Shown: positions 18,407 to 29,164, numbered from the stretch's first letter. The stretch: 64,000 bases of DNA from an uncultured Actinomycetes bacterium (GCA_963767005.1 CAVYCN010000004.1:480001-544000); one strand, 5' to 3'. Made by a program: numbers and translations. The notes: generated from the sequence alone by a model not told the origin.

Positions 18407-20110
18407 ATGGGCACATGGAGTTGGGGGGGCCATGTTGCCCCCGGCGCGCGTCGTCGCGCGTCCGGCCTCGTCCTTGTGATCGCGATCGTGCTCCTGGCGG
18501 TCGCCCTCGCCGCTTGCGGCGCGAAGTCGTCGACCACCTCGGGCTCGACGAGCGGCGCCGGCGCCGGTCTGACGATACAGAGCACCACGCCGCCCGGCAC
18601 CCACACCGTCGCGCAGATCACCTGGGACCTGCCCAACGGCGAGCCGACCACGCTCGATCCGCTCAAGGCAGGCGACTACGGCCCCTGTTTCGTGAGCTCT
18701 CAGCTCCATGACACACTCGTGCGCTACTCGCCCGACTGGCAGACGCTCGGCCCCGGGATCGCGGAGTCGTGGAAGTACGTGACGCCCCTGAAGCTGGTCT
18801 ACCAGATCCGCAACGACGCGACGTTCTGGGACGGCAAGCCGGTGACCCCCGCCGACGTCGTCTTCAGCCTGCAGCGCAACATGGACCCGAAGAACGCCTC
18901 CATCTGGATGTCGTTCTACATCAATGTGAAGTCCATCAAGCAGACGGGGCCGTGGCAGGTGACCGTCACGTTCAGCAAGCCCGACGAGCTCTTCAACAAG
19001 GAGATGAGCACGAGCGGCGGCGGTATCGTCGAGAAGGCCTACGTGCAGAAGGTCGGCGAGAGCAAGTACGGCTCGGGCATGAACGTCATGGGCAGCGGCC
19101 CGTACGAGCTGACGAGCTGGAAGTCGGGCAGCGACATCGTGCTCACGGCCAACCCCCACTACTGGGACGCGAGCCTGCAGCCCAAGGTGCAGAAGGTCAC
19201 GCTGAAGTTCATCACCGACACGAGCACGCTGACCAGCGCCCTCCTGTCCGGTGAGATCGACGGCGCCTACGAGGTCCCGCCGACCAGCATCCCGGCGCTC
19301 AAGTCCGCCTCCGACGGCAAGGTCTACTTCGGCCCGAGCCTCTCGCTGTCGGAGATCGCCATCTCGAACCCGAAGGGCCCCATGGGGAACCCGACGATCC
19401 GCGGGGCGCTCTCGATGGCGATCGACCGGGCGGCCATCGCGACCAAGGTCTACAACGGCGCCGCCATCGCCAACCTCACGGTCACGCCGCCCGCCGCCTG
19501 GGACCCCGCCGCGACCGCCGTCTACAAGCAGGCCTACGACGCCCTGCCGCGGGGCGGGACCGCAAGCGACATCGCCGCCGCCAAGAAGATCGTGGCCGGC
19601 GTGCCCGGCGCGAGCACACCGATGGTGCTCGCCGTGATGGCGTCCGACCAGCGCGAGCTCGAGCTGGGGAGCATCGTGCAGCAGGCGGCCAGCGAGATCG
19701 GTCTGAAGGTCACGCTCAAGCCCATGCAGCCGATGGACATCTCGAACTTCTTCTACATCGCCTCGTATCGCAAGGGCATCGACATGGCGGTGACCCTCGG
19801 GTTCCTCGACGTGCCCGACCCCCTCGACTACACGTCCCTGTTCCTGGGCCCCACGGCGCTGTTCAACTGGATCGGCTACAGCAACCCCGCGGTCCTGAAG
19901 GACCTGGACCTGGCGCGCCAGACGTTCGACCCGACCAAGCGGGCGCAGCTCATCGTGGCCGCACAGAAGATCTACACCGCCGACACGCTCGTCGTACCGT
20001 TGACGAGCGACGACGAGATCCTCTTCATGAACAACCGCCTGAGCGGGGCGCCGGCGTCCTTTGCCTACATCTACCTGCCGAGCCTCGCCATGATCGGCGG
20101 GACGCAGTGA
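18407..20110 (+). CDS. ABC transporter substrate-binding lipoprotein (DppA/OppA family 5)
   Basis: Lipobox LAAC; TLDP, AESW, FWDGKPVTPADVVFS and GSGPY motifs. Confidence 0.93.
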   Translation: MGTWSWGGHVAPGARRRASGLVLVIAIVLLAVALAACGAKSSTTSGSTSGAGAGLTIQSTTPPGTHTVAQITWDLPNGEPTTLDPLKAGDYGPCFVSSQLHDTLVRYSPDWQTLGPGIAESWKYVTPLKLVYQIRNDATFWDGKPVTPADVVFSLQRNMDPKNASIWMSFYINVKSIKQTGPWQVTVTFSKPDELFNKEMSTSGGGIVEKAYVQKVGESKYGSGMNVMGSGPYELTSWKSGSDIVLTANPHYWDASLQPKVQKVTLKFITDTSTLTSALLSGEIDGAYEVPPTSIPALKSASDGKVYFGPSLSLSEIAISNPKGPMGNPTIRGALSMAIDRAAIATKVYNGAAIANLTVTPPAAWDPAATAVYKQAYDALPRGGTASDIAAAKKIVAGVPGASTPMVLAVMASDQRELELGSIVQQAASEIGLKVTLKPMQPMDISNFFYIASYRKGIDMAVTLGFLDVPDPLDYTSLFLGPTALFNWIGYSNPAVLKDLDLARQTFDPTKRAQLIVAAQKIYTADTLVVPLTSDDEILFMNNRLSGAPASFAYIYLPSLAMIGGTQ

Positions 20111-20167
20111 CGGGCCGGAGGGTGGCTCGACAGGCGGTGGTGTGAGGCTCGCGGCGGGTCGATCGGC

Positions 20168-21118
20168 GTGACCCACTTCATCACCCAGCGCGTCATCGCG
20201 CTCGTCGTGACGCTGTTCGTCGCGAGCTTCCTCATCTTCGGTGCGCTCTACCTCGCCCCCGGCGATCCGGCGACCCTGCTCGCCGGCGGGCACGCCACGC
20301 CGGCCGTCCTGCAGCAGATCCGCGTCGAGAACCACCTGAACGACCCCGTCTGGACGCGCTACGGCCGCTGGCTGGCCGGGGTCGTGCACGGCAACCTGGG
20401 GCAGTCGTTCGTGTACCGGCAGAGCGTGACGAGCCTGCTCGCGCCGCGCATCGGCAACACCGTGTTCCTCGTCGTCTACGCGTCGATCCTCATCCTGGGC
20501 ATCGGCGTCACGCTCGGGCTCGTCTCGGCGCTGCGGCGCCGGCTCGGCGGCGTGGTGACGGTGGTCACCGCGATCGGCATGGCGACGCCGGCCTTCGTGG
20601 CCGCCATCGTCCTGATCCTCGTCTTCGCCGTCGACCTGGGCTGGTTCCCGGTGTTCGGCGCCGGCAGCGGCTTCGTCGGCCGGTTCTGGCACCTGACGCT
20701 GCCGGCCGTCGCGCTCGCCTTCTCGTGGGTCGCCTACGTGACCCAGATCACCAAGGCCTCGGTCCGCGAGGAGCTCGGCCGCGACCACGTCGAGACGGCG
20801 CGCAGCCGCGGCATCCCCTGGCCGCTCGTCGTGCGCCGCCACGTGTTTCGCAACGCGCTCATCCCGGTCACGACGGTCGCCGGCCTGACGGTCGCCGGCC
20901 TGATCGCCGGGGCGGTCGTCGTCGAAGAGGCGTTCGGTCTGAACGGCATCGGCTCGCTGCTCGTCCAGTCCGCCTCGCAGAAGGACTTCGCCGTCGTCCA
21001 GGCCATCGCCCTGCTGCTCGTGGCCACGTTCGTCATCGCCAACGCGGTGGTCGACCTCGTGAACGGCCTGCTCGACCCGCGGTTGCGCCTCTCAGGATCG
21101 GGTGGTCGTGGCAAGTGA
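20168..21118 (+). CDS. ABC permease (DppB-like)
   Basis: PGDPA, LGQSF, EAA-like ETARSRG..RH..RNAL motifs. Confidence 0.93.
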   Translation: MTHFITQRVIALVVTLFVASFLIFGALYLAPGDPATLLAGGHATPAVLQQIRVENHLNDPVWTRYGRWLAGVVHGNLGQSFVYRQSVTSLLAPRIGNTVFLVVYASILILGIGVTLGLVSALRRRLGGVVTVVTAIGMATPAFVAAIVLILVFAVDLGWFPVFGAGSGFVGRFWHLTLPAVALAFSWVAYVTQITKASVREELGRDHVETARSRGIPWPLVVRRHVFRNALIPVTTVAGLTVAGLIAGAVVVEEAFGLNGIGSLLVQSASQKDFAVVQAIALLLVATFVIANAVVDLVNGLLDPRLRLSGSGGRGK

Positions 21119-21968
21119 CGTCGCGATAGCCCCGCCCGTGGCACAGACGCGCCGCCGCCGCCGGCTCGACCTGATCATGGTCGTCTGCGCCGCCTTCATC
21201 GTGATCGTCGTGGGGGTGGCGCTGCTCGCCCCCTGGATCTCGCCCCACAGCCCCGACCAGCTGAACATCCTGCATTCGAACGAAGGTCCGACGGCGCAGC
21301 ATCTGCTCGGCACCGACGAGCTCGGCCGCGACCTCCTCTCGCGCCTCATCTGGGGCGCGCGGCTGAGCCTGCTCGGGCCCGCCCTCATCGTCCTGATCGA
21401 GACAGTCGTGGGCACGACGCTGGCGATCGCCTCGGCCTGGCTGGGCGGCTGGTTCGACACCATCACCTCGCGCATCCTCGACATCCTCTTCGCCTTCCCG
21501 GGCCTCATCTTCGCGATCCTCGCCGTCGCCATCTTCGGTCCCGGGCTCGTGGCGCCGGTGATCGCCCTATCGATCGCTTACGTGCCCTACGACGCCCGCG
21601 TGCTGCGCAGCGTAGCCCTGCGCGAGCGCAACCTGCCTTACATCCAGGCGTGCTACGTCGAAGGTCTGCCGACCAGGGCGATCACGCTGCGCCACCTGCT
21701 GCCCAACATCATGCCGTTCGTGCTGGTGCAGGCCACGCTGGGCTTCGGCTACGCGCTGATCGACCTCGCGGCGATCTCGTACCTCGGCCTCGGCGTCGCA
21801 CCGCCTGCCCCGGAGTGGGGCCTGATGGTCTCGAACGGGCAGGCGTCGATCCTGACCGGTCATCCCGCGGAGTCGCTCTACGCCGGTCTGATGATCGTGG
21901 CGACGGTGATCGCCTTCAACCTGCTGGGCGACCGGCTGGCCACCCGCTTCTCGGTGCGCGCGTCGTGA
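21102..21968 (+). CDS. ABC permease (DppC-like)
   Basis: HLLGTDELGRD..SRLIWGAR, RHLLPN and PEWG motifs. Confidence 0.93.
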   Translation: MVVASDVAIAPPVAQTRRRRRLDLIMVVCAAFIVIVVGVALLAPWISPHSPDQLNILHSNEGPTAQHLLGTDELGRDLLSRLIWGARLSLLGPALIVLIETVVGTTLAIASAWLGGWFDTITSRILDILFAFPGLIFAILAVAIFGPGLVAPVIALSIAYVPYDARVLRSVALRERNLPYIQACYVEGLPTRAITLRHLLPNIMPFVLVQATLGFGYALIDLAAISYLGLGVAPPAPEWGLMVSNGQASILTGHPAESLYAGLMIVATVIAFNLLGDRLATRFSVRAS

Positions 21969-22020
21969 ACGGTCCGCGCCGGCCACCCGGCGGACCGCCG
22001 TTGCCCGGGAGCTGTCTCAC

Positions 22021-23022
22021 GTGAGCGCGCTGCTGGAGATGAAGGAGCTCCACGTCGAGCTGCCGGTCGGCGAGTCGCTGCGGCCCGTGATCCACGACAC
22101 GACGGTCGCCCTCGACGCGGGCGAGGCGCTCGGTCTGGTGGGCGAGTCGGGCGCCGGCAAGTCGATGACCGTGCGGGCCATCCTGCGGCTGCTGCCGCGC
22201 GGGTCGACCGTGCGCGGCGAGATCCTCTACGAGGGTCGTGACGTGCTCGCCTTCGACCGTGAGGCCCAGCGCCGGTTCCAGGCATCGGATGCGGCGATGA
22301 TCTTCCAGGACCCGACGACCCACATCAATCCGGTGCGCAAGATCGGCGACTTCCTCACCGAGGCCCTGGTGACCAACGACAAGATGCGGCCGGCCGAGGC
22401 GCGCGCCCTCGTCGCCGGCATCCTGCGCGACGTCGGCATCGGCGACGCCGAGCGGCGGCTGTCTCAGTATCCCCACGAGCTGTCCGGCGGCCTGCTGCAG
22501 CGCGTGATGATCGCCGCCGCCCTCGCGATCAAGCCGCGCCTGCTGCTCGCCGACGAGCCGACGACCTCGCTCGATGTGACGACGCAGGCCGAGGTGATGG
22601 CGATCCTCGACGAGCAGCGTCGCCAGCGCGGCCTCGGCATGATCTTCGTGACGCACGACCTGGAGCTGGCGGCCGCGGTCTGCGATCGCATCGCCGTGAT
22701 GTACGCCGGCTTCCTCGTCGAGGACCGCCGCGCCGGCAGCCTGCACGAGGAGGCCCGCCACCCCTACACCGCCGGCCTGATGGCCTCACGGCCCAGCCCG
22801 ACGCAGCGCACGCAGCGCCTGTGGGCGATCCCCGGACGGCCGCTCTCGGCCTTCGAGGTCGAGGATGGCTGCGCCTTCGCCTCGCGCTGCACGTTCGTCG
22901 AGGAGCGCTGCCGGGTCGAGGCGCCGGCGCTGCGTGGGCTCGACGGCGGACGGGTCCGCTGCCATCGGGCCGAGGAGCTGCGTGGTCGCTTGACCGAGGC
23001 CCGCGGGGACGGCGATGCCTGA
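22021..23022 (+). CDS. ABC ATPase (DppD-like)
   Basis: GESGAGKS, LSGG, ADEPTT, HPYT and a C-terminal Cys cluster. Confidence 0.94.
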   Translation: MSALLEMKELHVELPVGESLRPVIHDTTVALDAGEALGLVGESGAGKSMTVRAILRLLPRGSTVRGEILYEGRDVLAFDREAQRRFQASDAAMIFQDPTTHINPVRKIGDFLTEALVTNDKMRPAEARALVAGILRDVGIGDAERRLSQYPHELSGGLLQRVMIAAALAIKPRLLLADEPTTSLDVTTQAEVMAILDEQRRQRGLGMIFVTHDLELAAAVCDRIAVMYAGFLVEDRRAGSLHEEARHPYTAGLMASRPSPTQRTQRLWAIPGRPLSAFEVEDGCAFASRCTFVEERCRVEAPALRGLDGGRVRCHRAEELRGRLTEARGDGDA

Positions 23023-23926
23023 GCCGGGCGGACAGGTGGGCGGCGAGGCGCGCGGCGTCGCGCCCGACGAAGAGCATGCCGTCCGTGTCGAAGGGCTGAC
23101 CAAGGTCTTCCGCGGAGCGCACGGCGACGACGTCGTGGCGGTGAGCGACGTGTCGTTTGCCGTCGCGCCGGGCGGCGCGCTTGCGATCGTCGGCGAGTCG
23201 GGGTCGGGCAAGACGACGACGGCGCGCATGATCATCGGCCTCGAGCAGCCCAGTGCCGGCCACATCTTCGTCGGCGGGCAGGAGCGCGGCGCCCGCCGGC
23301 CGGGCTCGCGCGAGCGGCGGCGCCTCGGTCGCGAGGTGCAGATCGTCTTTCAGGACCCCTTCTCGTCGCTCGACCGGCGCCAGCGCATCCACGACTGCCT
23401 CGACGAGGTCGTGCGGCTGCACTTCCGGCTCGACCGCGCGCAGCGCGCGGCGCGCGTCGACGAGCTGCTTCTGCAGGTGGGGCTCGACGAACGCCACGCC
23501 GGCGTGCTGCCCCACGAGCTCTCGGGCGGGCAGCAGCAGCGCGTCGCCATCGCCCGGGCGCTCGCGTCGCAGCCGCGCGTGCTGATCCTGGACGAGGCCG
23601 TGGCCTCGCTCGACGTCTCGGTCCAGGCGCAGGTGCTCAACCTGCTGGCCGAGATCCGCGAGCAGACCGGCGTCACCTATCTCTTCATCTCGCACGATCT
23701 CGCCGTCGTGCGACAGGTGAGCGACGACGTGGTCGTCATGCGTCACGGTGAGATCGTCGAGCGCGGCCCCACCCACCGGGTGCTCGACGACCCCCAGCAC
23801 CCCTACACCAGGGCGCTCCTGCGCGCCGTCCCGCGGCGTGGCTGGAAGCCGGTCCGCACGCGCTTTGCCGACACGCCCGACAGCGCCGCCGAGGAGCCGT
23901 CTGCTCGAACAAAGGAGACGTCATGA
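23015..23926 (+). CDS. ABC ATPase (DppF-like)
   Basis: GESGSGKT, LSGGQQQR, ILDE and HPYT motifs. Confidence 0.94.
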   Translation: MPEPGGQVGGEARGVAPDEEHAVRVEGLTKVFRGAHGDDVVAVSDVSFAVAPGGALAIVGESGSGKTTTARMIIGLEQPSAGHIFVGGQERGARRPGSRERRRLGREVQIVFQDPFSSLDRRQRIHDCLDEVVRLHFRLDRAQRAARVDELLLQVGLDERHAGVLPHELSGGQQQRVAIARALASQPRVLILDEAVASLDVSVQAQVLNLLAEIREQTGVTYLFISHDLAVVRQVSDDVVVMRHGEIVERGPTHRVLDDPQHPYTRALLRAVPRRGWKPVRTRFADTPDSAAEEPSARTKETS

Positions 23927-25590
23927 CCGTCCTGCTGGAGACCTTGCGGCCCGCGCCGCTCGACCCGGCCGCCGAGCAGACCATGGTGCCCATGCGCGAC
24001 GGGGTGCGCCTGGCCACCGACGTCTACCTGCCGGCCCGGCCGGGGCGGCTGCCCGCCGTGCTCGTGCGCCTGCCCTACGACAAGTGCGGGCGCTACACGT
24101 TCATGCCGCAGTGCGCGCCCTTCTTCACCGAGCGGGGCTACGCCTTCGTGGTCCAGGACGTGCGCGGCAAGTTCCGCTCCGAGGGCGAGACCATGCCCTT
24201 CACACACGAGGTCGACGACGGCTACGACACGCTCGAGTGGCTGGCCGGCCAGAGCTGGTGCGACGGCCGCGTCGGCATGTTCGGCGACTCCTACTACGGC
24301 TACACGCAGTGGGCGGCCGTCGCCAGCGGTCACCCCGCCCTCAAGGCGATCGTCCCACGCGTGACGAGCTCCGACCTGAAGGTGCTCTCGTCGTGGTACG
24401 GCGACAGCGTCGTCCAGCTCTACGGCGCCGACTACCTTGCGCACTACTGGGCCGACCCGCTGATCTACCTCTTCGAGGTCGACTGGAGCCAGAGACCGCT
24501 GGCCGCGGCGTTCGACGACGGCTTCGCCGCGATCGGCAAGCGGTCCGCCGGGCTCGACGCGATGGTGAAGCTGAACGGCCCCGAGGGGATCGCGCAGTAT
24601 CCGGGCGGCCACCCCTTCGACAAGCTCCGTATCCCGGCGCTGCACTCCTTCGGCTGGTTCGACAACATCGCGCCCGACCAGTTCAAGGACTACACGGCAC
24701 TGCTGGCCCGTCCGAAGCTGGCCCACCTCCAGTACCTGGTGGCCGACGCCACCGACCACGAGAACTACCACCTGCGGCAGGTGCCGGTGACGGCCCAGGA
24801 CGACCACGACAGCAACGAGGAGGCGCTCGCCCGCATGCTGCCCGTCTACCTGGGACCGGGCCTTGCCTTCTTCGACGCCTTCCTCAAGGGCGAGAGCGAC
24901 CCGTCCACCATCCCCGTGGCTGAGTGGTACCTCGGCAACGACGAGTGGCGCCGGTCGCGGACGTGGCCGCCGCCGGGAACGCGCGAGCTGCGTCTCTATC
25001 TCGACGCCGCGGGCAGGGCGACGGCGGGCGCCGAAGGCGGCGCGCTGACGCGCTCGGCGCCGGGAGCGGCCGGCGCCGCGCGCTGGGTCCACGACCCCGC
25101 CGACCTCGTGCCCTCGACCGTCATGAACCCGTTCGCGTTCCTGGCCGAATGGCCCGACGAGCGTGACGTCGAGGGGCGTGGCGACGTGCTCACCTTCACG
25201 AGCGAGCCCGTCGCCGAACCGCTCGACCTGGCGGGGCCGGTGAGCGCCGCGCTCACGGTTGCCTCCAGCGGCCCGTCGCTGCATGTGTTCGCCAAGCTGT
25301 GCGACGTTGCGCCCGACGGCGCCGCGCATATGCTGGTGCGCGGCGAGCGGCTCGTGCAGGCGTCCGAGCTCGATCGACCGATCACCGTCGCCATGAGTCA
25401 CACCGGCTACCGCCTGCTGCCCGGCCACAGCCTTCGGCTTCACGTCGCGTCGAGCGACTTCCCTCTGTACATGTGGCACCCGGGCACCAGCGAAGACCCG
25501 TGGCTTGCCACGAGGGGCGAGGCCAACCAGCAGACCCTGACCACGGGCGGCACGGACCCGTCGCGGCTCACGCTGTCTGTGCTGGACTGA
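23923..25590 (+). CDS. CocE/NonD-family serine hydrolase
   Basis: MRDGVRLATD, QDVRG, nucleophile motif GDSYYG, GWFD and a PepX-like C-terminus; ATGA-coupled to the ATPase. Confidence 0.93.
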   Translation: MTVLLETLRPAPLDPAAEQTMVPMRDGVRLATDVYLPARPGRLPAVLVRLPYDKCGRYTFMPQCAPFFTERGYAFVVQDVRGKFRSEGETMPFTHEVDDGYDTLEWLAGQSWCDGRVGMFGDSYYGYTQWAAVASGHPALKAIVPRVTSSDLKVLSSWYGDSVVQLYGADYLAHYWADPLIYLFEVDWSQRPLAAAFDDGFAAIGKRSAGLDAMVKLNGPEGIAQYPGGHPFDKLRIPALHSFGWFDNIAPDQFKDYTALLARPKLAHLQYLVADATDHENYHLRQVPVTAQDDHDSNEEALARMLPVYLGPGLAFFDAFLKGESDPSTIPVAEWYLGNDEWRRSRTWPPPGTRELRLYLDAAGRATAGAEGGALTRSAPGAAGAARWVHDPADLVPSTVMNPFAFLAEWPDERDVEGRGDVLTFTSEPVAEPLDLAGPVSAALTVASSGPSLHVFAKLCDVAPDGAAHMLVRGERLVQASELDRPITVAMSHTGYRLLPGHSLRLHVASSDFPLYMWHPGTSEDPWLATRGEANQQTLTTGGTDPSRLTLSVLD

Positions 25591-25597
25591 GAGAGAT

Positions 25598-25634
25598 GCG
25601 GCGAGCGGGACCGGCAGCCGGTCCCGCTCGCCGC
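25598..25634 (+). terminator. GC-rich hairpin after the ABC/CocE operon
   Basis: Perfect 17-bp inverted repeat starting 8 bp after the stop; no U-tract. Confidence 0.65.
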
Positions 25635-25798
25635 GCCCGAGGTCTCCTCACTTCGTACCGGGGCCGGCGTCTTGCGTGCCCGGGCCGTGAGACGGGTGGT
25701 AGGCTGCCCGCGAGCGACCCGCTCCGAGCCGCCGGCGCGGCGCTCGCGAGACACGCCCCTTCGTCCCGCGCAGAGCCCCAGCGAAAGGAGACGCCGAC

Positions 25799-27196
25799 AT
25801 GCTGCACCAGCGAGACTCCGTGCGATCCCGGCTGCTGGACGAGGTCTACGCCTCCAACGACCTGAGCGTCGCTCTGCCGAAGTTCAGGTTGCCGCCCGCC
25901 GAGCAGGAGCCCGAGCACGCCTTCCAGGTGGTCGCCGACGAGCTCATGCTCGACGGCAACTCGCGGCAGAACCTGGCGACCTTCTGTCAGACCTGGCTTG
26001 AGCCGCAGGTCCACGACCTCATGGACCTGACGATCGACAAGAACATGATCGACCGCGACGAGTATCCGCAGACGGCCGTCCTCGAGGAGCGCTGCGTCCA
26101 CATGGTGGCCGACCTGTGGAACGCGCCGCAGGCCGAGAACACGGTGGGCACCTCGACGACCGGCTCGAGCGAGGCGGCCATGCTCGGCGGCATGGCGCTG
26201 CTGTGGCAGTGGCGGGCACGGCGGCGCGCCGCCGGCAAGCCCGCCGACCGACCCAACCTGGTCACGGGTCCGGTCCAGATCTGCTGGCACAAGTTCGCGC
26301 GCTACTGGGACGTCGAGCTGCGCGAGATCCCCATGCAGGGTGACCGCCTCATCATGACGTCCGACGAGGTCGTCCCACGGGTCGACGAGCACACGATCGG
26401 CGTCGTGCCCACGCTGGGCGTGACCTTCACCGGCGACTACGAGCCGGTGAAGGCCGTGAGCGACGCGCTCGACGCGCTCCAGCGCGAGAAGGGGTTCGAC
26501 GTGCCCCTGCACGTCGACGCCGCCAGCGGCGGCTTTCTCGCGCCGTTCACGGCGCCCGACCTTCTCTGGGACTTCCGCCTGCCACGAGTGAAGTCGATCA
26601 ACTCCTCGGGGCACAAGTTCGGCCTCGCGCCGCTCGGCGTGGGCTGGGTCGTCTGGCGCGACGCCGCCGATCTGCCCTCCGACCTCATCTTCTCGGTGAA
26701 CTACCTGGGCGGCGAGATGCCGACCTTCGCCCTGAACTTCTCGCGGCCGGGCGGTCAGGTCGCCGCCCAGTACTACACGTTCCTGCGCCTCGGCCGTGAG
26801 GGGTATCGCAAGATCCACGAGGCCTGCCACGACACCGCGATGTGGCTGGCGGAGCAGATCGCCGCGCTCGGACCCTTCGCGATCATCTTCAACGGCGACC
26901 CCGCCCGTGGCATCCCGGCCGTGTCGTGGAAGCTCCGCGAGGGCGTCGAGCACGGCTTCACGCTGTTCGACCTCGCCGACCGCCTGCGCATCCGGGGCTG
27001 GCTCGTGCCGGCCTACACCATGCCGGCCGAACGGCATGACCTCGCCGTCCAGCGCATCCTGGTACGTCACGGCTTCAGCCGCGACCTGGCCGAGCTGCTG
27101 ATGCAGGACGTCGTGAGAGCCCTGGAACACTTCGCCAAGCACCCCGTGAGCGTCCCGCTCGGCGAGCGCGAAGCCGGAGGCTTCGCGCACAGCTGA
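25799..27196 (+). CDS. gadB: Glutamate decarboxylase
   Basis: [38 protein letters not shown] and the PLP lysine in SGHKFG. Confidence 0.96.
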   Translation: MLHQRDSVRSRLLDEVYASNDLSVALPKFRLPPAEQEPEHAFQVVADELMLDGNSRQNLATFCQTWLEPQVHDLMDLTIDKNMIDRDEYPQTAVLEERCVHMVADLWNAPQAENTVGTSTTGSSEAAMLGGMALLWQWRARRRAAGKPADRPNLVTGPVQICWHKFARYWDVELREIPMQGDRLIMTSDEVVPRVDEHTIGVVPTLGVTFTGDYEPVKAVSDALDALQREKGFDVPLHVDAASGGFLAPFTAPDLLWDFRLPRVKSINSSGHKFGLAPLGVGWVVWRDAADLPSDLIFSVNYLGGEMPTFALNFSRPGGQVAAQYYTFLRLGREGYRKIHEACHDTAMWLAEQIAALGPFAIIFNGDPARGIPAVSWKLREGVEHGFTLFDLADRLRIRGWLVPAYTMPAERHDLAVQRILVRHGFSRDLAELLMQDVVRALEHFAKHPVSVPLGEREAGGFAHS

Positions 27197-27235
27197 CGCA
27201 TGCCGACGAGGCACCGCCGTCCGCCGCCCGCGACG

Positions 27236-27730
27236 CTAGGGCGTCTTCGCGGTCTCGTCGATGGCGGGCGACACCTCTCCAGACCCGCGGCCGGTGAGGT
27301 GGCGGTGGATGTCGTGCAACAGGTCGGTGTTGGCCTTGACCTGGCGGGTCAGCTCGGTGTTCTCGTCCATGAGCCGTCTGAGGTCGTCGGTGTTCTTCTC
27401 GGTGTGGAGCGCGACCTCGGAGGAGATCGCGTCGGCACGCTTGGCGGCGATCAGCAGGGCGGCGGCCTGGACCCCGGCCAGCATCGAGAGGAAGAGGTTG
27501 AGCAGGATGAAGGGGTAGGGGTCGAAGGCCTTGTGGTGCGTGACGTGGCGCAGGACGTAGACATTGACCACCGCCCAGACGATCATCACCGCGAAGAACG
27601 AGAAGACGAAGCGCCACGACCCCATGACGTTGCGCATGCGGTCGGCGGCGCGCTCGCCCAGCGTCAGCTCGTCGCCTGAGCGCACCCCGGGGTGTCGATG
27701 CCAGTGACTCTCCCAGCCGGTCTTGGCCAT
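27236..27730 (-). CDS. DUF1003 membrane protein
   Basis: TLGERAAD..GSW and FDPYPFILLNL motifs. Confidence 0.88.
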   Translation of the reverse strand: MAKTGWESHWHRHPGVRSGDELTLGERAADRMRNVMGSWRFVFSFFAVMIVWAVVNVYVLRHVTHHKAFDPYPFILLNLFLSMLAGVQAAALLIAAKRADAISSEVALHTEKNTDDLRRLMDENTELTRQVKANTDLLHDIHRHLTGRGSGEVSPAIDETAKTP

Positions 27731-27790
27731 GCGCTGAGGTTGCCCCAGCCGCACGAGCGCGTCAAGAGGAGTCCTCCACGCCGGCCGGCC

Positions 27791-28768
27791 TCAGTAACCT
27801 TCCGGCGCGTGTGGCACGTAGTGCTCCTCGAGGCGCGCTCGCTCGGCGTCTTCAAGGCGCAGATCGACGGCCGCGAGGGCGTCGGCAAGGTGTTCGGGTT
27901 TCGTCGCGCCGACGATCGGCGCGGTGACCGCGGGCTGGTGCAGCAGCCAGGCGAGGGCGACCTGCGCCCGGGACACGCCGCGCTTGCCGGCGATCTCGCC
28001 GACCGCATCGACGATGAGCCGGTCCGAGTCCTCGGTCTGGCGGTACATCTTCTGACCGAACGGGTCGCTCTGGCTGCGGCTCGTGGTCGTTCCCCAGTCT
28101 CGCGTCAGATACCCGCGGGCGAGCGGGCTCCACGGCAGCACGCCGATCCCCTGATCGACACAGAAGGGCAGCATCTCGCGTTCCTCTTCGCGCATCAGCA
28201 GGTTGTACTGGTCCTGCATCGAGGCGAAGCGGGTCCAGCCGTGCAGGTCGGCGAGGAACTGCGCCTGGGCAAACCGCCACGTCGGCATCGACGAGGCGCC
28301 GATGAAGCGCACCTTGCCGGCGCGCACGAGATCGTCCAGCGCCGCGAGCGTCTCCTCGATCGGTGTCTCCGGATCGGAGCGATGGATCTGGTAGAGGTCG
28401 ACGTAGTCGGTCTTCAGACGGCGCAGGCTCTGGTCGATCTGGGTGAGGATGGCGCCGCGCGACAGCCCGCCGCCGTTGGGTCCCGGCCCCATCCGCCCCC
28501 AGACCTTGGTGGCGATCACCACCTCGTCGCGCCGGGCAAGCTCGCCGAGCAGGGAACCGACGATCTCCTCGCTCGAGCCGCGCGAGTACACGTTGGCGGT
28601 GTCGAAGGTGGTGATGCCGGCTTCGAGCGCCTGCCGCACGATCAGGCGCGCGTCGTCGAGGCCGATCGTCCATCCCTGCCAGCCGCTGCTCGGGTCGCCG
28701 AAGCCCATGCAGCCGAGCACGATGCGCGATACCTGCAGACCCGACCGCCCCAACCGCGTGTAGTCCAT
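27791..28768 (-). CDS. Aldo/keto reductase
   Basis: FDTANVY, IATKV, DLYQIH and WSPLARG motifs. Confidence 0.95.
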   Translation of the reverse strand: MDYTRLGRSGLQVSRIVLGCMGFGDPSSGWQGWTIGLDDARLIVRQALEAGITTFDTANVYSRGSSEEIVGSLLGELARRDEVVIATKVWGRMGPGPNGGGLSRGAILTQIDQSLRRLKTDYVDLYQIHRSDPETPIEETLAALDDLVRAGKVRFIGASSMPTWRFAQAQFLADLHGWTRFASMQDQYNLLMREEEREMLPFCVDQGIGVLPWSPLARGYLTRDWGTTTSRSQSDPFGQKMYRQTEDSDRLIVDAVGEIAGKRGVSRAQVALAWLLHQPAVTAPIVGATKPEHLADALAAVDLRLEDAERARLEEHYVPHAPEGY

Positions 28769-28813
28769 CAGTCCTCCCGAGGTAGATACTCGCTTGCGCT
28801 CCGCGGGCCCCGC

Positions 28814-29164
28814 TCAGGCCGCCTGCTCCGCCGAGGTCTGCCCCCGAGGCGGCGCGCCCTCCTCGTCGACCGTCGGATCGTTGGCCCAGGCGTCGACCCC
28901 GGCGCTCACGCTCGAGACGTGCCCGCGGAGGTGGTCGAGCAGCCGGGCCACGTCGTCGCGGTCATGGCGCTCGCACTGCCGGAAGATTGCGACACAGGCG
29001 GCGCACGACTCCGCCTCGGCGTTTTCGACGTACAGCCCGTAGCGCGTCGCGGCATCGATCTTTTCGTTCAGGGTCTGGAGCAGGTCGTGCACGACGTTGC
29101 TCACCGGGCCTTCGGCACGCAGCTTCTCGTCCATCTCTTCTCCCGCGAGTGAGTGGTCTGCCAT
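28814..29164 (-). CDS. Small helical hypothetical protein (ferritin-like, CxxC)
   Basis: VSNVVHDLLQTL..K.....Y..Y...A....CAAC...F pattern. Confidence 0.6.
   Translation of the reverse strand: MADHSLAGEEMDEKLRAEGPVSNVVHDLLQTLNEKIDAATRYGLYVENAEAESCAACVAIFRQCERHDRDDVARLLDHLRGHVSSVSAGVDAWANDPTVDEEGAPPRGQTSAEQAA

Noticed and set aside
18320-20842. Long antisense ORFs (this 840-aa one and many similar)
   Set aside because: Typical high-GC shadows opposite genes with clear motifs.
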